Source of the DNA: Methyloligella solikamskensis
GTDB taxonomy: Bacteria; Pseudomonadota; Alphaproteobacteria; Rhizobiales; Methyloligellaceae
Direction: 5' to 3'
Length of the DNA: 32,000 nucleotides
NCBI RefSeq assembly: GCF_042676065.1
Contig: NZ_JBHTJO010000001.1
Coordinates: 2,626,124-2,658,123 of the forward strand
Shown here: positions 17,625 through 25,364 of the stretch, in pieces
How the letters are laid out: every line of letters begins with the position of its first letter
How positions within the stretch are numbered: the stretch's first letter is position 1
The notes under the pieces: model-generated
Told to the model about the DNA's origin: nothing
Database searches by the model: none
What the model saw: only the letters and a program-made list of their open reading frames with translations
Program-made: the position numbers and the translations under genes

Positions 17625-18842
17625 CTACTCGGCGTCTTTGAGGAAGCGCTTGTAGATCCAGCCCCCTTGTCCACCGTCCGGATCGGAGACCCTCAGCCAG
17701 CCAAACTTGTCCTCGGTGACCTTGAGCCGCTTGCCTTGGGGCATGACGGAGACGGTCTGAGCGTCGGAGTCCGGCTCGGCGCGCATGTTCACCGCGGTGG
17801 TCACTTCCATCCACTTGCCGTCGGCGGCGTCTGCCACGCCGTCCTCGGAAGGCGGGCCGAGGGATGCGGCGGGCTGGGGCTGCTCGCTTGGGGCGGCTGC
17901 GTCCTGTTCCACCGATGCGGTCTCAGCGGGGTCTGAGGCCGGCTCCATCTGCTGGGTGAAAGTGGGGTCCGGCTGCGTGCTCTGCTCGGCGTCCGCGCTC
18001 ACGGTCTGAGCGGCCGCGCCGCCTTGGATCACCAGGGTGGTATTCGCATCGGCGATGACGCCGCCTTGAGCATCCACAAGAGCGATCCGCAGATCGTGGC
18101 TGCCGGAGGTGCCCGGCGGCACGGTGATGGCGAGATCACGGATCTCGTCGGTCCGGACAGTCCATTCGCCATTGCCGTAGGGACGTCCGGCGGAAAGTTG
18201 AGCGCCTTCAGGCAGGCCGACGATCGCGACGGCGCTGCGCGCCGGCACGGCGTTTTCCGGATCGATGGAGATGGGAAGCGGGATGGCCGTGGCCGGCTCC
18301 ATCTCGATCATGGAGGAGGTGCTGAGTTCGGGAGTCACGGCAGCGGTCTGTTGCGCCGGCGGCGTCGCGGCTTCCGCGGGCGGGGCCGACATGCTCTCCA
18401 GATCCGCTTGGGCCTCTTCTGCAAACCGTCCTTCTATGGTCTTGCCGGGAAGTATCGGGCCTTCGGAGCTGAACAGGCTCGCCACGCCGACGACGAGAAG
18501 GCTGAACAGCACCATGCCACCGGCGCCGACACCGGCGACCAGGATGGGATTGCGGTCCCATAGGCTGAGAAGGCCGGATTGCTTCGGCTTGGCCGCGCGG
18601 TTCGGCTGACCCGGGACAGGGCCCGCGGCGCGGGGCCGCTCAGACAAATGGCGGGGCGGTTCGGGCGCGATATGGCGGGCAATGGCATCGGGGGTCAGAT
18701 CTTCTCCCGATCCGCGAGGTGCGTCCATATCCGGCCTCTGCTGTCCTTGTTGGTCTTGCTGGCCTGGGTTCGCCCAATCGTCGCCGGGCCCGCCCCGGGG
18801 CGGCGCTCCATAATTCGGCCTGTCGTGACGCATGTTACTCAT
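17625..18842 (-). CDS. Single-pass membrane protein with disordered N-terminus and C-terminal bacterial SH3 (SH3b) domain
   Basis: ORF track 17625-18863. ATG 18842 (MSNMRHD) has a GAGGGAG SD 8 nt upstream. The protein has a Q/G/P-rich N-terminal region, the TM helix ILVAGVGAGGMVLFSLLVVGVASLF, an Ala/Pro-rich linker and a beta-rich middle domain. The C-terminal WMEVTTAVNMRAEPDSDAQTVSVMPQGKRLKV...GWLRV....GGWIYKRFL is SH3_3-like. Confidence 0.65.
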   Translation of the reverse strand: MSNMRHDRPNYGAPPRGGPGDDWANPGQQDQQGQQRPDMDAPRGSGEDLTPDAIARHIAPEPPRHLSERPRAAGPVPGQPNRAAKPKQSGLLSLWDRNPILVAGVGAGGMVLFSLLVVGVASLFSSEGPILPGKTIEGRFAEEAQADLESMSAPPAEAATPPAQQTAAVTPELSTSSMIEMEPATAIPLPISIDPENAVPARSAVAIVGLPEGAQLSAGRPYGNGEWTVRTDEIRDLAITVPPGTSGSHDLRIALVDAQGGVIADANTTLVIQGGAAAQTVSADAEQSTQPDPTFTQQMEPASDPAETASVEQDAAAPSEQPQPAASLGPPSEDGVADAADGKWMEVTTAVNMRAEPDSDAQTVSVMPQGKRLKVTEDKFGWLRVSDPDGGQGGWIYKRFLKDAE

Positions 18843-19293
18843 TGAGGTGACTCCCTCATACACTCTGCGGCGCGCTGGCCGTTATGGCTCGAGGTTCGAT
18901 GCCGCCACGCCGGATACGGCGATCCGCAAGCGGCGGGCCATACCTTGAAGCGCCTGGCGCGGTCTCGCGGGTGAACGGTCTCTATGGCGATCGCTGGGCG
19001 CAGGCGGCATCGTGAGACGGCGTGCCGGCTACAGGCATGCCGATCGGACTCGAGCTTGAGGGCAAGACGCATCGCGTCCCTCCGAAGTCCCCCAACTCTC
19101 TACCCCTGCGGAAACTGCACCGGGAGTTTCTCGTGCGTGAGCACGCCCCCGGTTGCTCTTTTTGAGGTTCTTATTTTCCTCAATTTCAATGGAAGCGCAG
19201 CGGGGCGAAAACGGCAAGGGCGATTGCGCGGTGACACGAAATGACCTTGTTCCAGCCACAAAGGGCAATAGGCCCCAAAAGCGCCGCCTTCTC

Positions 19294-20739
19294 TCAAAAA
19301 GACCAGACGGAACGGGTGCCGATCACGAGGGAGTCCTCAAGGCGTTGTGGGTTCCGGGGATGGCTATAGGTATAGCCCCCGCGGGGGCGCCAGAGATATT
19401 GCAGGCTCGTTTGCAAGGTCCAAGCGTCGCGGAGCGACAATGTGTAGGTGAGTTCGGCCAGAGATTCATACGAACGCCCGGCCTCCGCGCCGCTAACGAC
19501 TTCGGAAGCCACGGCGCGTTCGGATATCTCCGTATACTCGAAGCCGAAAGCGACAGCATCGTCCGGCCGCGCCGGTATTAGTCCTGCGAAGATCACACCC
19601 GCCTCACCATAAAAATCGATGAAGTTATGGTCCTCAGGCGCTCCCATAACTCGGCTGAACAGCGTAATGCCCTGATCGCCTTCCGCGCCCTTCGGCTTCC
19701 ACACGGTCTGCTGCAGGAGGGCGTATAGGCCGTAATCGCCGTCGAGCGGCGCGCCGGAACGGCCCGTGATCGTAATCAGATTTCCTCCGGCATCGAAGCG
19801 CACGTCTGAGACATCGCCAGAATGATGCCAGCTTCCGAGTTTGAAGGCACCGGGCAAGCCGTCGCCAAGCTCGTAGCGCATCGTCATCTCGCCCATGACA
19901 AGCGGCGGATCGCCGAGAGGGAATTCCACCCCATGCAGATTGCAGAGTTGGGGATCCTGGCCGATGCAATCCTCGGCGACCCTGCCGTTGAAAGCGGCGA
20001 TCTTGAAGTCGAAATGCTCGCTCGGCCGGACGGCCAGACGCACGCCAGGAGCCGCCATGGGATAGGCCGGGCCGCCCTCGGGCGTGTCGAATGCCGTGAT
20101 GGTTGGCCACCCCCAAGTTGCGTTCAGGAGGTAATCCGACGCGCTCGTGGTCATGAACTCAGTGTCCGCCGCCAACTGGCCGAAGCGGACGGAGGCGCGG
20201 CCGCTGAACAGACTCTGCTCCAGCCAGATTTCCGACAGGCGCGTTGCCGGATCGGCCTCGATGCTACTGGCAGCCGCAAGCCCGCCGGTTCCTTCGGCGG
20301 TGATGCTTTGCCCATGGATTTGGAAGGCGTTGGCGTGAAAGCAGAGGCCCTTCCAGCCCGCAAGACGTTCGAGATCGGCATCGACGGCAAGATCGAGTAA
20401 TCCGTCATAGGTGACGGCTTCTTCGAGACCGCCGGCGAGATTGGCGAAGACCTCGCCCGCGTAGCTCGCGCTCACGGCAATGCCGCGCTCCGCCCACGCG
20501 GTTCGCCACTCCTGCAGACGCGGCGCGTATGGGCTGGCCGTCACCTCGTCCAGACAGGCGGATCCCCGTGCCTCTCCGGTGCCGGCCAGGACGGCGCAGA
20601 CCGCGGCGGCCATAGCCATGCGCCAACCCGGCCGACCGAGTGTTTTCCGTGTTTTACGGATCCCCGCCCCCGCTCTTTCGCCCCTGTCGGCAGACGCGCC
20701 TCGAAGGCCGCCCAACCGAAAAACCCCAATCATCAGCAA
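19294..20739 (-). CDS. OprB-family carbohydrate-selective porin
   Basis: 481-aa ORF with OprB-like blocks (IWLEQSLFSGRASVRFGQLAADTEF) and a C-terminal aromatic residue (..RSVWSF), typical of outer-membrane barrels. An AGGAGGG SD (20745-20751) lies 5 nt upstream of TTG 20739, and there is an ATG at 20733. The hydrophobic signal-like segment begins only near residue 41, so the start is uncertain (alternative ATG 20619). Confidence 0.8.
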   Translation of the reverse strand: MLMIGVFRLGGLRGASADRGERAGAGIRKTRKTLGRPGWRMAMAAAVCAVLAGTGEARGSACLDEVTASPYAPRLQEWRTAWAERGIAVSASYAGEVFANLAGGLEEAVTYDGLLDLAVDADLERLAGWKGLCFHANAFQIHGQSITAEGTGGLAAASSIEADPATRLSEIWLEQSLFSGRASVRFGQLAADTEFMTTSASDYLLNATWGWPTITAFDTPEGGPAYPMAAPGVRLAVRPSEHFDFKIAAFNGRVAEDCIGQDPQLCNLHGVEFPLGDPPLVMGEMTMRYELGDGLPGAFKLGSWHHSGDVSDVRFDAGGNLITITGRSGAPLDGDYGLYALLQQTVWKPKGAEGDQGITLFSRVMGAPEDHNFIDFYGEAGVIFAGLIPARPDDAVAFGFEYTEISERAVASEVVSGAEAGRSYESLAELTYTLSLRDAWTLQTSLQYLWRPRGGYTYSHPRNPQRLEDSLVIGTRSVWSF

Positions 20740-20785
20740 AGCATCCCTCCTGCTTGCTGACCGGAATAGCCCAAACTCTCCCTAG

Positions 20786-20802
20786 ATGCAAATGATTTGC
20801 AT
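20786..20802. promoter_or_regulatory. Perfect 17-bp palindrome ATGCAAAT-G-ATTTGCAT; candidate operator overlapping a putative -35 of the porin promoter
   Basis: The arms are exact reverse complements (8+1+8) and form an AT-rich island in GC-rich DNA. On the minus strand, TTGCAT (20791-20786), a 17-nt spacer and TATTCC (20768-20763) resemble a sigma70 -35/-10 pair just upstream of the porin SD. Confidence 0.4.
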
Positions 20803-20995
20803 GTGCGATAAATTCCGTACCATCTCGTTCTCCCGACGACCGTTGCACAGCTGTCGTGAAATGAGACTAAGGGCCGATCCGAAGCCGGCAAAGGTAATGC
20901 TGTCGGCGCAGGAGGGCATCGCGGCAGGAACCTCCTAGGGATTGCATGGTTTTTTCGATGATGCTCCGGTCGCGGAGCGCAGAAGGAGGCGGCAT

Positions 20996-21916
20996 TTGGC
21001 CTACACGTTCAAGCTCGGAAAATCGGTTGAGAAGAACACACGGCGCGTGGCGAAGAGCCAGATCGAGAAGGCCATTGCCGAGATCGACGACGGCGATCTG
21101 AACTTCAACGATACGGTCCATCAGGTCCGCAAGCGCTGCAAGAAGCTGCGCGGGCTGATCCGCATGGTTCGCCCCTGCTTCGACGATTACAAGCGTGAGA
21201 ATATCGTCTTCCGCGATGCGTCCCGCGAGCTTTCCTATGTCCGCGACACCGAGGCGACGCTGGAGACCCATGACGATCTGATGGAGTTCTATGGCAGCGA
21301 GGTCGATGGGTTCGCCTACGCCGCGATCCGCGGCAAGCTCTTGGAGCGGAAAGAGCAGGCCATCGATGAGTTGCCGCTGGAAGAGAAGCTCGCCCGTTTC
21401 CGCGAGACCATGTGCGATGCAAAGGCCCGCGCAAACGACTGGAAAATCGACGGGCGCGGTTTCGAGGCCATCGCAGGCGGCATCGAGAAGACCTACAAGC
21501 GGGGCCGCAAGGCCATGGCCGAGACGATGGATGACCCGACACCCGAGGCGCTGCATCAATGGCGCAAGCGCGTTAAGTATCACTGGTATCACACGCGGCT
21601 GCTCGGCGACATCTGGCCGGAGATGATGGTGCCGTATGGCGCGGCCGCCAAGCGACTCTCCGATCTTCTCGGCGCCCATCACGACCTCGCCGTGCTCCAG
21701 GATATCGCGCCGGATCTGTTCGACGGCAACCGGGATGCCATGAAAACCTATCTCGGCCTCGCCCAGGGGCGGCAGGCTCTTCTGGAGTCGCAGACCTTTC
21801 ACTTAGGCCAGCGGCTCTTCGCGGAGAAACCTTCAGCGCTCACGAAACGTTGGGGCGCCTATTGGGAGGCGTGGCAGGCCGGAGACGAGTCCCGTCACCT
21901 GCTCCAGGCGGCTTAG
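20996..21916 (+). CDS. Stand-alone CHAD-domain protein (conserved histidine alpha-helical domain; polyphosphate-granule-associated family)
   Basis: ORF track 20942-21916. TTG 20996 is preceded by AAGGAGG 6 nt upstream. CHAD-type repeats are VHQVRKRCKKLRGLIR, LHQWRKRVKYHWYHTRLL and LLGAHHDLAVL. Confidence 0.7.
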   Translation: MAYTFKLGKSVEKNTRRVAKSQIEKAIAEIDDGDLNFNDTVHQVRKRCKKLRGLIRMVRPCFDDYKRENIVFRDASRELSYVRDTEATLETHDDLMEFYGSEVDGFAYAAIRGKLLERKEQAIDELPLEEKLARFRETMCDAKARANDWKIDGRGFEAIAGGIEKTYKRGRKAMAETMDDPTPEALHQWRKRVKYHWYHTRLLGDIWPEMMVPYGAAAKRLSDLLGAHHDLAVLQDIAPDLFDGNRDAMKTYLGLAQGRQALLESQTFHLGQRLFAEKPSALTKRWGAYWEAWQAGDESRHLLQAA

Positions 21917-21964
21917 ACCTAAGAAGCCTGCTATTCTCTTTCTTCTCCAATCCCGACCCAAAGG

Positions 21965-22972
21965 ATGTGGCCAGTGATTGAAGTCGGGGCGTTCGCGCTA
22001 GCCGCTCTCGTGATCGCCGTTGCCGGTGTCTACATGACCCGGGTCGCCGACACGCTGGCCGACCGGACGAAGCTGGGTGAGGCTGTCGTCGGCGGGATTC
22101 TGCTGGGCGCCGCGACTTCTCTTTCCGGAGTCGTGACATCGGTTTCCGCGGCCATCGACGGTCTGGCTCCCCTTGCCGTGTCGAACGCGGTTGGCGGCAT
22201 CTGCGTCCAGACCGTCTTCCTCGTGGTCGCCGACCTCACCTATCGGCGCGCCAATCTGGAGCACGCGGCGGCGGACGAAAAGAACATGCTTCAGGCGGCG
22301 CTGCTGGTTCTGCTGCTGGGTATTGCGCTTGCAGGCTACGTGACGCCCCAGCTGACCGCCTGGGCCCTGCACCCCGCTTCCTTCTTATTGATCGGCGCCT
22401 ATATCTTCGGCGTCCGCACCAATGTCGCCCTGCAGGCGCGGCCGAGCTGGAAGCCGAAGCAGACCTCGGAGACACAGCCGGACGAGCCGGAAGAAGACGC
22501 CATGCAGGAGGCGCTGATTCCGCTTGCGTTGAAGTTCGCCGGGCTTGCCGCGGTCCTCGCCGGGGCCGGTTACGTGGTCGCCAAGACGGGCGCGGCCATC
22601 TCGGAAGATTTCGGCATCTCGCAGACCGTGGTCGGGGCTCTGCTGACGGCGACCGCCACCTCCCTGCCGGAGCTGGTGACCACGATTACCGCGGTCCGCC
22701 GCGGTGCGCTGCAGTTGGCGGTGGGCGGCATTGTCGGCGGCAACACCTTCGACGTCCTCTTCCTGACCATCTCGGATGTGGCCTATCGTGACGGCTCCAT
22801 CTACGCCGCCATGGGCTCCCGCGATGCGCTGCTGCTGGTGGCAGGCATCGTGATGACGGCGATCCTTCTGATGGGGCTGATCTTGCGTGACCGAAAAGGC
22901 ATCGGCTTCGAAGGCGTCTCGATCCTCGCGGTCTATGCCGCGGTGATCGCCTTGCAGATCTATCTGGGCTGA
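21965..22972 (+). CDS. Ca2+/cation antiporter (CaCA, YrbG-like) membrane protein
   Basis: 335 aa with about 10 TM helices. The two alpha-repeat signatures are GEAVVGGILLGAATSLSGVVTS and SQTVVGALLTATATSLPELVTTI, separated by an acidic loop. Confidence 0.75.
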   Translation: MWPVIEVGAFALAALVIAVAGVYMTRVADTLADRTKLGEAVVGGILLGAATSLSGVVTSVSAAIDGLAPLAVSNAVGGICVQTVFLVVADLTYRRANLEHAAADEKNMLQAALLVLLLGIALAGYVTPQLTAWALHPASFLLIGAYIFGVRTNVALQARPSWKPKQTSETQPDEPEEDAMQEALIPLALKFAGLAAVLAGAGYVVAKTGAAISEDFGISQTVVGALLTATATSLPELVTTITAVRRGALQLAVGGIVGGNTFDVLFLTISDVAYRDGSIYAAMGSRDALLLVAGIVMTAILLMGLILRDRKGIGFEGVSILAVYAAVIALQIYLG

Positions 22973-23042
22973 CGCCTTAGCCGCGAGCGCCTCGCGAACT
23001 TAGGGAATTGATCGCGCACCGGCTTTTCCGTACGGCTTGTGC

Positions 23043-23918
23043 ATGGCTTCCGCCGCACCGTCCGTCGTCGAACGTTTCGCCCCCTCTCCCACGGGAGAGC
23101 TGCATCTGGGCCATGCGTTTTCGGCCCTGACCGCCTGGGAGGCGGCTCAAGCGGCAGGCGGCACGTTCCTGTTGCGCATGGACGACCTCGACACCGGGCG
23201 CTGCAAGCCTGAGTTCGCCCAAGGGATCGAAGACGATCTGCGTTTCCTCGGCTTCTTCTGGCCCGAACCGGTGCTCTATCAGTCGACCCGGGCGGCGGAA
23301 CATGGCGCCGTGATCGACGACCTCATCGCGAAGGGGCTGGTCTACCCTTGCGTCTGCACGCGCGCCGAAATTCAAGCGGCAGCCGGCGCACCCCAGGAAG
23401 GCGCACCCGACGGGCCACCCTACCCCGGCACCTGCCGCGGACAATCGGGTCTTCCTTCAGACCAGCCTCATGCGCTGCGGCTCGATATGGGAAAGGCCAT
23501 CGACTTCCTCGGCGGGAATGAGGCAGTCCGCTCTCTGACATTCGAAGAGATCGGCGTGGGTCCGAACGGCGAGCGCGGTACGATCCCTCTGGATCCGGAT
23601 GCGCTGATCGAACAGGTCGGCGATGTGGTGCTGAGACGCAAGGACGGCGCCATCGCCTATCACCTGGCGGTGGTGCTGGACGATGGGTTTCAGGGCATTA
23701 CCCATGTCACACGGGGACAGGATCTCTTCCCGTCAACGCCGATCCACCGCCTGCTTCAGGCGCTCACGGGCACACCGACGCCGATCTACCGCCACCATCG
23801 CCTGATCCGGGACGAGAATGGTCGGCGTCTGGCGAAGCGCCACCGCGATCTGTCTCTTTCGGTGCTGCGGGCGGGCGGCGCCACGCCTGCCGATATCCGC
23901 GCCTCAGCGGGGCTGTAG
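23043..23918 (+). CDS. gluQ: tRNA glutamyl-Q(34) synthetase (GluQRS/YadB)
   Basis: HIGH-type motif RFAPSPTGELHLGHAFSAL. The ~290-aa GluRS-like catalytic core lacks an anticodon-binding domain. Other blocks are YPCVCTR....YPGTCR and VVLRRKDGAIAYHLAVVLDD. Confidence 0.85.
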   Translation: MASAAPSVVERFAPSPTGELHLGHAFSALTAWEAAQAAGGTFLLRMDDLDTGRCKPEFAQGIEDDLRFLGFFWPEPVLYQSTRAAEHGAVIDDLIAKGLVYPCVCTRAEIQAAAGAPQEGAPDGPPYPGTCRGQSGLPSDQPHALRLDMGKAIDFLGGNEAVRSLTFEEIGVGPNGERGTIPLDPDALIEQVGDVVLRRKDGAIAYHLAVVLDDGFQGITHVTRGQDLFPSTPIHRLLQALTGTPTPIYRHHRLIRDENGRRLAKRHRDLSLSVLRAGGATPADIRASAGL

Positions 23919-23926
23919 AGAACCGG

Positions 23927-24226
23927 CTACTCGGCCGATTGGCCGCCGCCGTTCCACTGGACCTGAAGCTTCTCCCGCCAAGCGAAGCGCTCCAGGTGTC
24001 CGCCGACCACATTCTGCATCTTGGTCATGGACGGCTGGTCAGGCGAGTCGCAGCTGATGGCGAGCTCCCGCTCGTTGGCTTCCATCTCGCAGAGCCCGAA
24101 CGGAAACTCCACCCGCGCGGTGGTCATGTCGAAGGTCGCCGGCGCCTTGTGGGCGAAATGCTTGCAGAGCTGCTGGAGATATTTGCTGGCCGCCGGAGTC
24201 TGCACGACGGCTTGGGATTTGATCAT
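23927..24226 (-). CDS. DUF2218-family small protein
   Basis: 99 aa. The N-terminus MIKSQAVVQTPAASKYLQQLCKHFAHK matches my recollection of DUF2218. It is the last gene (58-nt gap) of the receptor-esterase unit. Confidence 0.6.
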   Translation of the reverse strand: MIKSQAVVQTPAASKYLQQLCKHFAHKAPATFDMTTARVEFPFGLCEMEANERELAISCDSPDQPSMTKMQNVVGGHLERFAWREKLQVQWNGGGQSAE

Positions 24227-24284
24227 GGCTGGCTGGTCTCGGTCTGGAGTTGGCTGACTTTAGATCAATGAACTGGTCTCTGGG

Positions 24285-25256
24285 TCAGGGACGGGATCGG
24301 GGCTTCTCGACGGGTAAGGCGTCGGGCAGCACCTTCATGATGAAGACGGGCAGAACCGTGCCGTGGTTCTCCTCCGGGAAGATCCGAAGCTCGGTCTTAA
24401 GGGCGGGCAGGCGCTTCTGCAGCACGCCCACCACGGTTTCGGCATTGGCGATCATGCCGTCCCCGGCCGCCTCTTCGCTCTCGGCACTCTCGCTTTGCGC
24501 GCTCGCCCCTTTTTCCTTCTTCATCTTGCCGAAACCGGACTTCTCCAGGCCGCCGACACCGACCACAAGACGCTTATCTCCTGCATCTTCCGGCGGATCG
24601 GAGACGAAGCTCTCCAGCTCGCCCATGATCTGGCCTTCGTTGAACCAGACCGACGGGCTGGCCGCGAGATAGGTGTCGAAGAGGCCCGGCCGCGTGAAGA
24701 GCGTGTGGAGTGTGAAGAGGCCGCCGAAGGAATGACCGAACAGAATCTCCTTCGATGCATCGACTTCGAAATCCCGCTCGATGGCCGGCTTAAGATCGTT
24801 CTCTATGAAGTCTAGGGTCTCGTCAGCTCCGCCCATAGGCGGCCAGGGCTTGCCGTTGGGCCGCTCCGGCAGGTCGTAGGATTCGGCCGGCAAGGTGAAG
24901 TCGTGGATCCAGCGCTTCACGTCGTAGGCCTTCCCGGTGGGAAAGCCGATGCCGACGATTATCGCGGCTTCGAGGTTCGGATGGAGCGGGTTTTCCGCCC
25001 CGGTCCGCATGAGATTGACGAAGGTGAGGAAGTTGGCGTTCGCGCCGATGGCGTAGACCACCGGATAGCCGCCCTCCGGCGCCTGAACCTGCGGCTTGCG
25101 GATGAAGATCCGGAAAGTTTCGCCGGAACCGCTCGCCGTCATGTCCCGCTGCTGGGTGCCCTCCAGGGTGACCGGCGGATAGGTCTCCGCCGCGGCAAGG
25201 CTCCGCAGGGGAAGAGCGGCGACGCACAGGATCAGCGCGACTGTCAGGTACCGCAT
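24285..25256 (-). CDS. Periplasmic alpha/beta-hydrolase of the 'putative esterase' family (IroE/Fes-like siderophore esterase candidate)
   Basis: ORF track 24285-25289. ATG 25256 gives the signal peptide MRYLTVALILCVAALPLRSLAAA/E. The nucleophile elbow is GHSFGG and a C-terminal His sits in EENHGTV. It lies 108 nt downstream of the TonB-dependent receptor. Confidence 0.7.
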   Translation of the reverse strand: MRYLTVALILCVAALPLRSLAAAETYPPVTLEGTQQRDMTASGSGETFRIFIRKPQVQAPEGGYPVVYAIGANANFLTFVNLMRTGAENPLHPNLEAAIIVGIGFPTGKAYDVKRWIHDFTLPAESYDLPERPNGKPWPPMGGADETLDFIENDLKPAIERDFEVDASKEILFGHSFGGLFTLHTLFTRPGLFDTYLAASPSVWFNEGQIMGELESFVSDPPEDAGDKRLVVGVGGLEKSGFGKMKKEKGASAQSESAESEEAAGDGMIANAETVVGVLQKRLPALKTELRIFPEENHGTVLPVFIMKVLPDALPVEKPRSRP

Positions 25257-25364
25257 GGGCGACCTCTTCCCTTCTCCAGTGTCCCTCAAATCCTGCGCTC
25301 CTCAAAGGCGGACGGCGGAGGCCACAGCCCCCGCCGCCCGCTTTCTGTCTCTACCCGGCAACGA

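Noticed and set aside
20941-20947. ATTGCAT near the CHAD start as a third half-site of the ATGCAAAT palindrome
   Set aside because: It is a single imperfect half-site about 140 bp away with no symmetry partner, so it cannot be distinguished from chance.
20867-21802. 311-aa minus-strand ORF opposite the CHAD gene, plus 24903-26315 (+, 470 aa), 26865-27725 (+, 286 aa), 29049-29810 (-) and 30979-31905 (-, His/Arg/Asp-rich)
   Set aside because: They are antisense shadows of the CHAD, esterase/receptor, binding-protein and permease genes. The opposite-strand proteins carry clear family signatures, and these ORFs do not.
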